This document shows, in pieces, positions 1-9,616 of a stretch of 32,000 nt of DNA. Position numbers and translations under genes: made by a program. The notes beneath the pieces were generated by a model that worked only from the letters and a program-made list of their open reading frames with translations, had not been told where the DNA came from and did not search any database. Positions within the stretch are counted from its first letter, which is position 1; each line of letters begins with the position of its first letter. Source of the DNA: Longivirga aurantiaca (lineage in GTDB: Bacteria; Actinomycetota; Actinomycetes; S36-B12; CAIYMF01); contig NZ_JBHSTI010000008.1 in the NCBI RefSeq assembly GCF_042660085.1, forward strand, positions 1,110,001-1,142,000. Reading direction: 5' to 3'.

Positions 1-967
1 CGTAGAACCCGTTGAGCTCCGGGACGGCGAGCAGGCAGGTGGCGGTGGCCTTGAGCAGGAGCGCAGCCGGCAGCAGCCGCTCGGACGGCGAGCGGCCCTG
101 GTTGCGCGCCGCCAGCCAGTCCAGCGACGCCTTCAGGTCGATCGTGGTCTCGAGGTAGTAGTGCGGGATCTCCCGCTTCGACCGAGCCATGAGCGCGGCT
201 GTCGCGGCCTGCATGGCCTCTTTGCGCTCGGCGACGCGCACGTCCGCCGACCGCCCCGCGCGTGGCGGGGCCGCCGCCCCGGATGCCGCGGGCTCGGGCA
301 CGGCGGTCGTCGACGCGCGCTGGACGTCCTCGACGCTCACCGCACCCCGCGGCCCGGTGCCGACGAGGGAGGCGAGGTCGACGCCGAGCTGCTCGGCAAG
401 GCGCCTCGCGCGGGGTGAGGCAGCCACGTGGGCGCCGACCCCTGCCGAGGTCGTGCGACCAGCGGGTGCAGCCGGAGCCGCGGGCACCGGGGCCGCCGGC
501 TCGTGCGCGCTCCGGGCCTGGTCGGCGGCCCGCTCGACGTCGTGCCGCGTGACACCGCCGCCGCGGCCCGTGCCCTCGACCGCCTCGAGGTCGACGTGGA
601 GGTCGTGCGCAAGGTGGCGCACGATCGGCGAGACGGGCGCGTGATGCGCATGCTCCGCGTGCGCTGCCGGCCCGTCCGCCGCGGGCGCCGATGCTGCGGG
701 CTGCACCGGCGGCTCGGCGGGCGCGGTCGACGATCCGGCCCCGATGAGGGCCAGCGGCGATCCGACCGTCACCGTCGTGCCCGGCTCGACGAGCAGCCGC
801 TCGACCACCCCGTCCTCGAAGGCCTCGATGTCGATTGCGCTCTTGACCGTGTCGATGACGGCGATGATCTGGCCGTGCGTCACGGCGTCGCCCGGACCGA
901 CCAGCCACTCGACGAGCGTCCCCTCGGTCATGTCCGCGCCGAGCGACGGCATCCGGAACTCACCCAT
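1..967 (-). CDS. Dihydrolipoamide acyltransferase (E2) of a 2-oxo-acid/acetoin dehydrogenase complex, 3' part beyond window edge
   Basis: Reverse frame from ATG at 965-967 reads [59 protein letters not shown] (lipoyl domain, DTVKSA lipoylation site), then two peripheral-subunit-binding-like domains and the start of the catalytic domain. Overlaps the E1-beta stop by 8 bp. Confidence 0.93.
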   Translation of the reverse strand, partial: MGEFRMPSLGADMTEGTLVEWLVGPGDAVTHGQIIAVIDTVKSAIDIEAFEDGVVERLLVEPGTTVTVGSPLALIGAGSSTAPAEPPVQPAASAPAADGPAAHAEHAHHAPVSPIVRHLAHDLHVDLEAVEGTGRGGGVTRHDVERAADQARSAHEPAAPVPAAPAAPAGRTTSAGVGAHVAASPRARRLAEQLGVDLASLVGTGPRGAVSVEDVQRASTTAVPEPAASGAAAPPRAGRSADVRVAERKEAMQAATAALMARSKREIPHYYLETTIDLKASLDWLAARNQGRSPSERLLPAALLLKATATCLLAVPELNGFY

Positions 968-1958
968 CGCGGCCCACCGCCTCGTGCACCGCCGCGACGA
1001 CGCGCTCCAGGCTGGGCAGCGCGGCCTCCTCGAGGTGCTTGGCGTAGGGGATGGGCACCTCGAGGGTGCAGACGCGGCCCACCGGCGCCTCGAGGTCGTA
1101 GAAGCAGTCCTCCATGATGCGGGCCGACACCTCGGCCGACATGCCCAGCGTGCGCCAGCCCTCGTCGACGACGACCGCGCGGTGCGTGCGCGCCACCGAC
1201 TCGGCCACCGTGGCGCTGTCGAGAGGCCGCAGGACGCGCAGGTCGACGACGTCGGCGCCGATGCCCTCGGCCGCGAGGCGCTCCGCCGCGTCGAGGCACA
1301 GGCCCAGCGAGCCGCCGTACGTGACGAGCGTGATGTCGTCGCCGGCGCGCCTGATCCTGGCTCGGTCGATGTCGACCTCGGTGCCGGGTGCGGGCGCCGG
1401 GCCCTTGGCGTTGTAGAGCGATCCGTGCTCGACGATGATCACCGGATCGGGGTCGAGCAGCGCGGGCCACAGCATGCAGCGCGCGTCCTCGATCGTGGCG
1501 GGCGAGAGCACGCGCAGGCCGGGCACATGGGCGAACCAGTTCTCCAGCGAGTGCGAGTGCTGGGCCGCGAGCTGGCGCCCGCCGCCCGTGGTCATGCGCA
1601 CCACCAGCGGCACCTGGAACTGCCCGCCGCTCATGTGCAGCAGCGCCGCCGCCGTGTTGACGAGCTGGTCCATCGCGAGCATGACGAAGTTGACCGTCAT
1701 CACCTCGACGATGGGGCGCATGCCGCCCAGGGCGGCGCCGATGCCCGCGCCCACGAACGCCGACTCCGACAGCGGGGTGTCGCGCACGCGGTCCTCGCCG
1801 AACTCCTCGATCATCCCGAGGCTCACGCCGAACCCGCCGCCGTAGCGGCCGACGTCCTCTCCCATGAGGAACACTCGTTCGTCGCGCAGCATGGCCTCGC
1901 GCATGGCCTCCCGCACGGCCTCGCGGTAGGTGGTCTCCTGCACCGCGGTCTGGGTCAT
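960..1958 (-). CDS. 2-oxo-acid / pyruvate / acetoin dehydrogenase E1 component beta subunit
   Basis: 332 aa; transketolase-like motifs [51 protein letters not shown]; directly downstream of E1-alpha. Confidence 0.95.
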   Translation of the reverse strand: MTQTAVQETTYREAVREAMREAMLRDERVFLMGEDVGRYGGGFGVSLGMIEEFGEDRVRDTPLSESAFVGAGIGAALGGMRPIVEVMTVNFVMLAMDQLVNTAAALLHMSGGQFQVPLVVRMTTGGGRQLAAQHSHSLENWFAHVPGLRVLSPATIEDARCMLWPALLDPDPVIIVEHGSLYNAKGPAPAPGTEVDIDRARIRRAGDDITLVTYGGSLGLCLDAAERLAAEGIGADVVDLRVLRPLDSATVAESVARTHRAVVVDEGWRTLGMSAEVSARIMEDCFYDLEAPVGRVCTLEVPIPYAKHLEEAALPSLERVVAAVHEAVGRDG

Positions 1959-1962
1959 GACC

Positions 1963-2982
1963 TCACCTCCCGCTCGTGACGAAGGAGAGCAGCTCGTCGA
2001 CCGGCTCGTCGGTGCCGGCCTGGGCGTAGGCGACGGCGTCGTCGATCACCGCGCCCACCCGGGCGTCGATCGCGGCGAGGTCGTCGTCGGTGGCGCCGTC
2101 GGCCAGCAGCCGGGCACTGAGCAGCAGGAGCGGGTCGCGCTCGCGCCAGTGCTCGATCTCGGCCTTCTCGCGATAGCGGTCGGCGTCGTACATCGAGTGG
2201 GCGCGGAACCGGAAGGTCTTCGCCTCGAGGAACACCGGGCCGCCGCTGTCGCGCACCAGCGAGACCGCCCGTCGTGCCGCGTCCCAGACGGCGAGCACGT
2301 CCATGCCGTCGCACGACCAGGCCGGCACCTCGTAGGAGGCCGCCTTCACCGCGAGGTTCGTCTCCGACTCGGACCGGTCGAGGGCGGTGCCCATCGCGTA
2401 CAGGTTGTTCTCGCACAGGAAGAGCACGGGCAGATGCCACACCGCGGCGAGGTTGATCGACTCGTGGAACTCGCCCTCAGCCATGGCGCCTTCTCCGAAG
2501 AAGCACACGGTGACGCGGTCGCGGCCCTGCATCCGGTCGGCGAGGGCGAGGCCCACCGCCACCGGCAGCCCGCCGCCGACGATGCCGTTGCCGCCGTAGA
2601 AGCGGGTGGGCGCATGGAACAGGTGCATCGATCCGCCGCGCCCGCGGCAGACCCCCTCGGCCTTGCCGAGCATCTCGGCCATCACCGGTCCCACCGGCAC
2701 GCCGCGTGCGAGCGCCTGCCCGTGGTCGCGGTAGGTGGCCACGACGGCGTCGTCCTGGCGCAGATGGTCCAGGACGCCGACGGCCACGGCCTCCTCGCCG
2801 ATGTAGAGGTGCAGGAAGCCTCGGATGAGGCCGCCGCTGTAGAGCTCGACGCAGCGCTCCTCGAAGCGCCGGACGAGCAGCATGCGCTCGTAGAGCGCGA
2901 GATGGTCGGGCCCGGTGCGGTCGCTGCTGACGGGTGGTGCAGGCGTCGCCACGGGGGGCGGCGTACGACGTGAGGCGCTCAT
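1963..2982 (-). CDS. 2-oxo-acid / pyruvate / acetoin dehydrogenase E1 component alpha subunit
   Basis: Internal ATG at 2980-2982 of the long minus ORF gives [17 protein letters not shown]...[22 protein letters not shown]...GRGGSMHLF...[19 protein letters not shown]...[22 protein letters not shown]...[11 protein letters not shown] (ThDP-binding E1-alpha). ATGA overlap with the upstream ligase. Confidence 0.95.
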   Translation of the reverse strand: MSASRRTPPPVATPAPPVSSDRTGPDHLALYERMLLVRRFEERCVELYSGGLIRGFLHLYIGEEAVAVGVLDHLRQDDAVVATYRDHGQALARGVPVGPVMAEMLGKAEGVCRGRGGSMHLFHAPTRFYGGNGIVGGGLPVAVGLALADRMQGRDRVTVCFFGEGAMAEGEFHESINLAAVWHLPVLFLCENNLYAMGTALDRSESETNLAVKAASYEVPAWSCDGMDVLAVWDAARRAVSLVRDSGGPVFLEAKTFRFRAHSMYDADRYREKAEIEHWRERDPLLLLSARLLADGATDDDLAAIDARVGAVIDDAVAYAQAGTDEPVDELLSFVTSGR

Positions 2983-4766
2983 GCCAGGACCTCCAAGGTC
3001 GAGAGGTCGCCTTCCGGCAGCCCGAGCTCGCGTGCCTTGAGCAGGCGACGCATGATCTTGCCGCTGCGGGTCTTGGGAAGGTCCTGCTGGAACGTGATGT
3101 CGCGAGGGGCGACGGCATTGCCGAGCCGCGTGCGCCCGAAGCCGATGAGCTCTCGGCGCAGCGCGTCGCTGGGCTCGAAGCCGGGCTTGAGGGCCACGAA
3201 GGCCTTGACCACCTCGCCCACGATCGGGTCGGGCACGCCGATCACGCCGGCTTCGGCCACCGCCGAGTGCTCGAGCAGGGCGCTCTCCACCTCGAAGGGC
3301 CCGATGAGGTGACCGGCCGACTTGATGACGTCGTCGCCGCGCCCGACGAACCAGAACCAGCCTTCGGCGTCGCGGCGCACGAGGTCGCCGGACAGGTACC
3401 AGTCGCCGAGGAAGGCCGAGGCGTAGCGCTCGGGTGCGCCGATGTAGGAGCGCATGAGCGACGGCCACGGCGTGCGGAGCGCGAGCTCGCCGAGGGAGTC
3501 GGGCTCGTCGAGGCGCACGGGCCCCCCGTCGGCGCCGATCTCCACGTGGCCCTCGGCGTCGCGGGCGAGCACCGCCGCCTCGATGCCCGGGACGGGGCGT
3601 CCCATGGAGCCGGGCCGCACCGCGGAACCGTGGTAGTTGGCCACCATGATCGCGCCGGTCTCGGTCTGCCACCACGTGTCGCGGATCGGGCGGTCGAGCT
3701 CCGCGATGCCCCAGTGGACGACCTCGGGGTTGAGCGGCTCGCCCACGCTGGCGATGTGCCGCAGGGCCGACAGGTCGCGACCCTCGTGCGGCGCGGAGCC
3801 GGCCTTCATGAGCATCCGCAGCGCGGTCGGCGCGGTGTACCAGACGGTCACGCGCTCGCTCTCGAGCAGCTGGTACCACCGGCGCGCGTCGAACTCGAGC
3901 TCGTCCACGATGCACGTGACGCCGCAGGTGAGCGGGGCGATGACGCCGTACGACGTGCCCGTCACCCAGCCGGGATCGGCCGTGCACCAGAAGACGTCGT
4001 CGTCGTGCAGGTCGAGCACGAGGCGTGCCGTGGCGTGGTGGGCCACGACGGCGTCGTGCACGTGCACCGCGCCCTTCGGCGTGCCGGTCGTGCCGCTGGT
4101 GAAGTGGATGAGCGCCGGCTCCTCGGGATCGGTCGGCTCGGCCCTGAACGTGCCGGAGGTGCCCGGCCACAGCTCGGCGAGCGGAAGGACGCCCGGGCCG
4201 AGGCGCTCGGCCCCGACGAGCTCGGCGCTTCCCGGGCCGATGAGCAGCACGTGCTCCAGCTCGGGCAGCTCCGCGCGCAGGCCGTGCACGCGCTTGCGGT
4301 ACAGCGCCGGCGTCGTGACGAGCAGCCGGGCATGGCCCATCGCCATCCGCTGCCGGATGGGCTCGGGGCCGAAGGCCGAGAACAGCGGGGAGAACACCGA
4401 GCGCGCCTTGAGCGTGCCCAGCAGCGCGACGTACAGGTCGGGGATGCGACCGGCCAGCCCGCAGACGAGGTCACCCGGCCCGACCCCGAGCCCGCGCAGC
4501 ACCTCGGCGAACCTGCTCGTGCGCTCCGCGAGCTCGGCGTAGGTCCACGACTCGTCGACCCCGTCGGCACCGATGAACCGCAGCGCCTCGTGCTCGCCCC
4601 GGCCGTGGGCGACGTGGCGGTCGACCGCCTCGTGGGCGATGTTGCGCCCGCCGCCGGGCTGGCCGTCGAGCCAGGCCCGCGCCGAGTCCCAGGTGAAGGC
4701 AGCTCGCACGTCGTCGTAGTCGTCCATGAGACCGGCCTGCGTCGAGGGTTCCCGCCTAGTGGCCAT
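2979..4766 (-). CDS. Acetyl-CoA synthetase / acetate--CoA ligase family protein
   Basis: 595 aa AMP-binding protein: [70 protein letters not shown]-terminal [15 protein letters not shown] lysine motif. Confidence 0.95.
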   Translation of the reverse strand: MATRREPSTQAGLMDDYDDVRAAFTWDSARAWLDGQPGGGRNIAHEAVDRHVAHGRGEHEALRFIGADGVDESWTYAELAERTSRFAEVLRGLGVGPGDLVCGLAGRIPDLYVALLGTLKARSVFSPLFSAFGPEPIRQRMAMGHARLLVTTPALYRKRVHGLRAELPELEHVLLIGPGSAELVGAERLGPGVLPLAELWPGTSGTFRAEPTDPEEPALIHFTSGTTGTPKGAVHVHDAVVAHHATARLVLDLHDDDVFWCTADPGWVTGTSYGVIAPLTCGVTCIVDELEFDARRWYQLLESERVTVWYTAPTALRMLMKAGSAPHEGRDLSALRHIASVGEPLNPEVVHWGIAELDRPIRDTWWQTETGAIMVANYHGSAVRPGSMGRPVPGIEAAVLARDAEGHVEIGADGGPVRLDEPDSLGELALRTPWPSLMRSYIGAPERYASAFLGDWYLSGDLVRRDAEGWFWFVGRGDDVIKSAGHLIGPFEVESALLEHSAVAEAGVIGVPDPIVGEVVKAFVALKPGFEPSDALRRELIGFGRTRLGNAVAPRDITFQQDLPKTRSGKIMRRLLKARELGLPEGDLSTLEVLA

Positions 4767-5040
4767 GATCCACCGCCCTGGGACACGCCCCGTGGACGAA
4801 CCGAGCGGCGTCCGCCTGTCGTGGGCACATGCTCCAGGACGTCGTCTCCACTGTGTCCCGCGTACATCATGGACCTGCCCGTTCGTGATCGTCCTGCCCA
4901 GCGCAGGATCCGGGCAGGTACGCCGAGAGCACGCCGACCGCCCGCTGGGACGGTGCGGCGGATCGGCACCGGGCGCGTCGTCCGGGCCGAGACCTCGCGG
5001 CCACCAGGGCTACCGTGGTGCCAACGAGGAGGCGAGTCTC

Positions 5041-5469
5041 ATGAGCAGCGGTCACGTCATCGTCGGGGTCGACGCGTCACCCGCGTCGAAGGCGGCTCTG
5101 CGCTGGGCGGCGGACCACGCCGTGGCCAGGGGTCTGAGCCTCGAGGCCGTGGCGGTATGGGAGATCCCGGCCACCTTCGGCTGGGTGGGCGAGGAGGACC
5201 TCGACCCGACGGAGGCGGCTCGCAGGGGGCTGGAGTCCGTGGTGGCCGAGGTTGTCGGCACCACGCCGGAGGTGGAGATCACCGTCGCCCGCGGACACGC
5301 GGCGCTCGTGCTGGTCGAGGCCTCCGAACGGGCGGACCTGCTCGTGGTCGGCTCGCGCGGGATGGGAGGGTTCGCCGGGCTCCTGCTCGGGTCGGTGAGC
5401 CAGCACTGCGTGCAGCACGCGCACTGCCCCGTCGTGGTCGTCCGTGGCGAGCGGGGCGGGCAGTCCTAG
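5041..5469 (+). CDS. Universal stress protein, single USP domain
   Basis: MSSGHVIVGVDASPASKAALRWAADHAVARG...ADLLVVGSRGMGGFAGLLLGSVSQHCVQHAHCPVVVVRG; ATP-binding G-x2-G-x9-G-S/T type motif. Start chosen at the internal ATG preceded by a GAGG-like RBS. Confidence 0.93.
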   Translation: MSSGHVIVGVDASPASKAALRWAADHAVARGLSLEAVAVWEIPATFGWVGEEDLDPTEAARRGLESVVAEVVGTTPEVEITVARGHAALVLVEASERADLLVVGSRGMGGFAGLLLGSVSQHCVQHAHCPVVVVRGERGGQS

Positions 5470-5503
5470 CCGCCGTGCTCCGGCGTTGTCTGCTCCGGCG
5501 TTG

Positions 5504-6823
5504 TCACAGGCCGCTGGGCTCGGTCTCGTACTCGGGCTCGGTCGGGCGAGGTTCGTGGCGCAGGGGCACCAGGGCCGTCGTGGTGTCGAACCAGAGCAGC
5601 GCGTCGTAGCGCCCACCCATCCACGTCGGGACGTAGTTGCCGCTCTCGCGCGACGGGTCGTACACCACACCCACCGCGCGGTGCCCCGCCCACGTCGACA
5701 GCCAGGGGCCGGACCGGTCCTCGGGGAAGACGAGCGACGCCCGCCGGGGCAGGCACTGGTGCAGCACCCACTCGTGGCTTCCGGCGCGGGCCACCGGCAA
5801 CGGCATGACGCGCTCGGGCTCGCCCCAGCCGCCCGCGGCCAGCACCGAGCCGCGGTGCGAGGCGAACCCCACCAGCACCACGCCGTCCGACTCGTGCCTC
5901 TCGCGCACGAGCTGGCCGACGGTGACGAGGCCGGCACGGGCCATGTCGGTCGCACGGGCGTCGCCGACATGCGTGTTGTGCTCCCAGACGACGCCGGCCG
6001 AGCCCGGGCCGAGATGGCGCGCGATGCGATCGATCGTGCCCGCCATGTGGTGGTCGCGGACGTTCCACGACGCGCGGTCGCCGCGCACCATCGCGCGGTA
6101 GTAGCTCTCGGCGTCGGCCGCGGCCTCCGCGTTGCAGGCTGCGTCGAACGCCAACTCGTCGTCGTCCGAGCGGACGCCGACCCTGCGCCGCACCTCGGTC
6201 AGCAGCGCGACCACCTCGTCCTCGCACGACTCCGGGATCAGCCGGGCGGCGCGTGCATAGCGGTGCGGGTCCTCGCCGTACGGCATGAAGCACCGCCACG
6301 CGTTCCACGCCGTGGGCAGGGCCTCGGGGTCGTGCTGCCCGAGCCATGCCATGGTGGCGCGCAGCGAGTCCCAGAGCGAGTAGACGTCGAGCCCGTAGAA
6401 GCCGACGCGCCGCTCGAGCGGGCGACCGCGGTTCGTCTCGCGCAACCACACGAGGAACTCACCGACGTCGTGGTTGGCCCACATCCAGGTCGGCCACCGG
6501 GAGAAGCGGCCGAGGAGCCCCCGGACGTCGAGATCCTGGTCGTCCTGCCCGCGCACCCAACGGTTGATCCGCCAGCAGTCCGGCCAGTCGCCCTCGACGC
6601 CGATCCACGTGACGCCTCGCTCCTCGACGAGGCGGCGCGTGAGCTGCGCCCGCCAGGCGTAGAACTCGTGGGTGCCATGCGACGCCTCGCCGATGCAGAC
6701 GTAGCGCGCGTCACCGATCCGGGCCAGGAGCGGGTCGAGGTCGGCGGGCGTCTCCAGCGGGTGGGCGAGCGACCTGGCCTCGGCCGCAGCCGACTCGTAG
6801 GACTCGCCGGTGAACGTGGTCAT
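5504..6823 (-). CDS. Erythromycin esterase family protein (EreA/ChaN-like fold)
   Basis: ATG at 6821-6823: [90 protein letters not shown]...; family hallmarks GEASHGTHEF, EGDWPD, VWEHNTHVGDARATDM. Confidence 0.93.
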   Translation of the reverse strand: MTTFTGESYESAAAEARSLAHPLETPADLDPLLARIGDARYVCIGEASHGTHEFYAWRAQLTRRLVEERGVTWIGVEGDWPDCWRINRWVRGQDDQDLDVRGLLGRFSRWPTWMWANHDVGEFLVWLRETNRGRPLERRVGFYGLDVYSLWDSLRATMAWLGQHDPEALPTAWNAWRCFMPYGEDPHRYARAARLIPESCEDEVVALLTEVRRRVGVRSDDDELAFDAACNAEAAADAESYYRAMVRGDRASWNVRDHHMAGTIDRIARHLGPGSAGVVWEHNTHVGDARATDMARAGLVTVGQLVRERHESDGVVLVGFASHRGSVLAAGGWGEPERVMPLPVARAGSHEWVLHQCLPRRASLVFPEDRSGPWLSTWAGHRAVGVVYDPSRESGNYVPTWMGGRYDALLWFDTTTALVPLRHEPRPTEPEYETEPSGL

Positions 6824-8130
6824 GGCCGTCCCTCCTCGATCGGTTCGTGTCCCCTCCGTCCCAGGTGGCGCACGAACCAGTCGCGTGCGAACGAGGCAGC
6901 CTGGGCCAATGTCCCCGGCTCCTCGAACAGGTGCGTCGCCCCGGGCACCACGACCAGCTCGGTCGGGCACCGCAGCCGGGCCTGCGCAGCGCGGTTGAGC
7001 TCGAGCACGGCCCGGTCGTCGCCACCGACGATCAGCAATGTCGGTGCCCGCACCGCGGCGAGCGCGTGACCGGCCAGATCGGGCCGCCCTCCGCGGCTCA
7101 CGACCGCGGCCACCCGCTCGGATCCGGCGGCGGCGACGAGCGCCGCGGCAGCCCCTGTGCTCGCACCGAAGTATCCGAGGCTCAGACCGTCGACCGCGGG
7201 CTGCTGCACGAGCCAGTCCGTCGCGGCGATGAGCCGTGCGGCGAGCGTCCCGATGTCGAACACCCGGGCGCGGTCCTGCTCCTCCTCGGGGGTGAGGAGG
7301 TCGATGAGCAGCGTCCCGAGCCCGGCAGCCTGCAGGACGTCGGCGACGTACCGGTTGCGCGGGCTGTGCCGGCTGCTTCCGCTGCCGTGCGCGAACACGA
7401 CCAGGCCAGGTGCCCCGGGCGGGATCACCAGATGGCCCTCGAGCCGGCAGCCGGCGACGGGGACGAGCACCTTCTCGTCGTACGCCGCGCCCTCGGTGCC
7501 GGCCGCCCTCAGCAGGGCGACCACCTCCTCGTCGGAGGTCGGTGAGAAGTCCCGGTAGTGGTTGCCGACCGCCGTGAACCCCGGCGGCTCGGCCAGGCAG
7601 ACGACCTCGTCGGCGTCGGGCAGCCGGTGCTCGACGCCCGGTGCGCCGACGGGCGCGGCGACGATCACGCGGCGAGCACCGAGGTGGCGGGCCACCAGGC
7701 AGGCGGCCCGCGCGGTCGACCCGGTGGCGATGCCGTCGTCGATCAGCAGAGCGATGCGGCCCGTGAGATCCAGGCGGGGCCGGCCGGGGCGGAACCGGCG
7801 CACGCGGTCCTCGAGCTCCGCGCGCTCGCGCGCCTCGACCCGGACGACGTCCTCGGGCCTGACGCCGGCGAGGCGCAGGATCTCCTCGTCGATGACCCGG
7901 ACGCCGTCCTCTCCGAGAGCCCCCATGGCCAGCTCCGGCTGGTAGGGGACGCCGAGCTTGCGCACGACGATCACGTCGAGCGGCGCCCCGAGCTCCCGCG
8001 CCACCTGAGCGGCGACCGGCACACCACCACGAGGGAGCCCGAGCACGACGAGGTCGGGGCCGCGGAACCGGGCCAGCTGCTGGGCCAGAAGACGACCGGC
8101 CTCGATACGGTCGGCGAACGCCACCATCAC
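6820..8130 (-). CDS. Phosphoribosyltransferase domain fused to dienelactone-hydrolase/alpha-beta hydrolase domain
   Basis: 436 aa; N-terminal [41 protein letters not shown]...[17 protein letters not shown] (PRTase loop); C-terminal [39 protein letters not shown]...[13 protein letters not shown]...[16 protein letters not shown] overlap with the esterase-family gene. Confidence 0.93.
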   Translation of the reverse strand: MMVAFADRIEAGRLLAQQLARFRGPDLVVLGLPRGGVPVAAQVARELGAPLDVIVVRKLGVPYQPELAMGALGEDGVRVIDEEILRLAGVRPEDVVRVEARERAELEDRVRRFRPGRPRLDLTGRIALLIDDGIATGSTARAACLVARHLGARRVIVAAPVGAPGVEHRLPDADEVVCLAEPPGFTAVGNHYRDFSPTSDEEVVALLRAAGTEGAAYDEKVLVPVAGCRLEGHLVIPPGAPGLVVFAHGSGSSRHSPRNRYVADVLQAAGLGTLLIDLLTPEEEQDRARVFDIGTLAARLIAATDWLVQQPAVDGLSLGYFGASTGAAAALVAAAGSERVAAVVSRGGRPDLAGHALAAVRAPTLLIVGGDDRAVLELNRAAQARLRCPTELVVVPGATHLFEEPGTLAQAASFARDWFVRHLGRRGHEPIEEGRP

Positions 8131-8245
8131 GCACCTCCCGAGCGCGTCGCACGCGTCCGGCGCGGGGGCCGTGCGGCCTCGCCCGCACCTTCATTCTGGC
8201 ACCACCGAGCGGCGACATGCCCGCCCTCGCACGGGGATCCCGTGC

Positions 8246-8395
8246 GCCGACGAGCGCCTCAGCCGCCAGCACGGTGTGGTGGCGAGCTTCTCGCGCGCGC
8301 TCACCGAGGGCCTGCACGTCGACCAGACCCAGGCCGAGTTCGACGCGGCGCTCGACGCCTCGATCGCGAGCATCTTCCGCGCCTCGCTCACCTGA
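8246..8395 (+). pseudogene. C-terminal relic of class I fructose-bisphosphate aldolase
   Basis: Translation [49 protein letters not shown] resembles the C-terminal tail of Staphylococcus-type class I FBA (…ELIASFSRAL..DLR.DQSQEEFDKAL..A..SIY.AS). No catalytic barrel precedes it in any frame. Confidence 0.72.
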
Positions 8396-8422
8396 CCCGG
8401 ACCAGCGGCCGGCATCGCACGC

Positions 8423-9301
8423 TCAACCGGTGGGCGGCGGGACGACCATCACCGGGCAGGCCGCGCCGTGGACCAGGGCGGCGGTCACCGAGCCCTGCCG
8501 CATCCCGAGGAAGTGGCCGCGTCCGTGGGCCCCGACCACGACGAGCTGAGCGGTCTGCGCTGCCTGCAGGAGCGCCGACGCCGGGTGCGCCTGGATCACG
8601 CGCATGTCGACCTCGAGGTCGGGGTAGTCGGCGCCGATCTCGTCCACCATCTGCGCGGCCAGCTGCTCGGCGCCCGCCTGCAGCTCGCGGGCCAGGTCGG
8701 GCGGTGGGAGGTAGATCCCGTAGCCGGTGGGGTTGAGGTCCTGCCATGCATGCACCATGAGCAGCCGCGAGCCGCGGCACGACGCCTCGTCGGCCGCAGC
8801 CCGGAGGGCGGCGTACGACGCCTTCGAGCCGTCGACGCCCACCGCGATGGGCCCGGTCGAACGATCAGCAGTCCCGTGCACGACCACGGCGGGGCAGTGC
8901 GCCTGCGCGCTCACGTGCCGGCTGACGGAGCCGAGCAGCACCTCGGCGACGCGCGAGCGACCGCGCGCTCCGACCACCACCATGCTCGCCTCCCCGCTCG
9001 CCGTCAGCATCGCCGACGCGGGATGCCCCGCGACGTGCTGGGCCGTGACCACCAGCTCCGGCCACGCGCGTGTCACGCGGGTGACTGCGTCGTCGACGTA
9101 CCCGGGGCGACCGCCCACGGTCGGGGTCGGGACCGCGGGAACGCCCGGCGTGACCGCCACCCAGTTGGGCTCGATCACGGTGAGCACGACGAGCGGCAGG
9201 CGGCGGAGCGCCGCCTCGTGGGCCGCCCAGTCCACGGCGGCGGTGGCTCCCGGGGACCCGTCCGTGCCGACGATGATCGGGAGTCTCGACCTGGTCATCA
9301 C
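8423..9301 (-). CDS. Universal stress protein, tandem double USP domain
   Basis: 292 aa with two USP halves: PIIVGTDGSPGATAAVDWAAHEA...VVVGARGRSRVAEVLLGSVSRHVSAQAHCPAVVVHG and PIAVGVDGSKASYAALRAAADEA...LVVVGAHGRGHFLGMRQGSVTAALVHGAACPVMVV. Confidence 0.93.
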   Translation of the reverse strand: MMTRSRLPIIVGTDGSPGATAAVDWAAHEAALRRLPLVVLTVIEPNWVAVTPGVPAVPTPTVGGRPGYVDDAVTRVTRAWPELVVTAQHVAGHPASAMLTASGEASMVVVGARGRSRVAEVLLGSVSRHVSAQAHCPAVVVHGTADRSTGPIAVGVDGSKASYAALRAAADEASCRGSRLLMVHAWQDLNPTGYGIYLPPPDLARELQAGAEQLAAQMVDEIGADYPDLEVDMRVIQAHPASALLQAAQTAQLVVVGAHGRGHFLGMRQGSVTAALVHGAACPVMVVPPPTG

Positions 9302-9420
9302 GCACCTCCTCGAGGAGGTGGCGCCACCATCGGGAGCCGACGCGGGCGTCCTGCTCCTCTACCCCGATTCTGCGCCCGCCGACATGCGGATGCCACAGCA
9401 GGAGGGCTCGCAACCGCGTC

Positions 9421-9606
9421 GAGGCGCGTAGGTGGGTGGCGGATCCGTCGCAGGGCGCACGCTGGCTACCCGGGTAACCAGCGAGGCGCGTAGGTGGGTG
9501 GCGGATCCGTCGCAGGGCGCACGCTGGCTACCGGGGTAACCAGCGAGGCTCGTGGGTGAGTGCGGAATCTGTCGCAGAGCGCACGCTGGTTACCCGGGTT
9601 GGCGGG
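9421..9606. repeat. Tandem array of three 62-bp units (GTTACCCGGGTAAC-type intergenic repeat)
   Basis: Units starting at 9421, 9483 and 9545 (gaggcgcgtaggtgggtggcggatccgtcgcagggcgcacgctggctacccgggtaaccagc). The centres of the CCCGGG core are exactly 62 bp apart. Confidence 0.95.
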
Positions 9607-9616
9607 TGCGAGGCGG

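Noticed and set aside
1963-4170. 735-aa minus-strand ORF as a single gene
   Set aside because: Sequence upstream of 2982 is a shadow frame of the CoA ligase; the real E1-alpha begins at 2982 with an ATGA overlap.
2934-5609. 891-aa plus-strand ORF
   Set aside because: High-GC shadow ORF antisense to the clear acyl-CoA synthetase gene, with Arg/His/Gly-rich composition and no domain motifs.
5504-6823. Macrolide resistance gene
   Set aside because: Erythromycin-esterase fold proteins in this stress context are a broad family; sequence and location do not support an antibiotic-resistance role.
5504-8317. 937-aa minus-strand ORF as one fused protein
   Set aside because: Only the C-terminal ~440 codons (from 6823) look like protein; the upstream part is out of frame with the real PRTase-hydrolase gene.
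9421-9606. Possible CRISPR array
   Set aside because: Three contiguous 62-bp units similar along their whole length with no unique spacers and no cas genes; this is a tandem repeat of a dispersed intergenic family.
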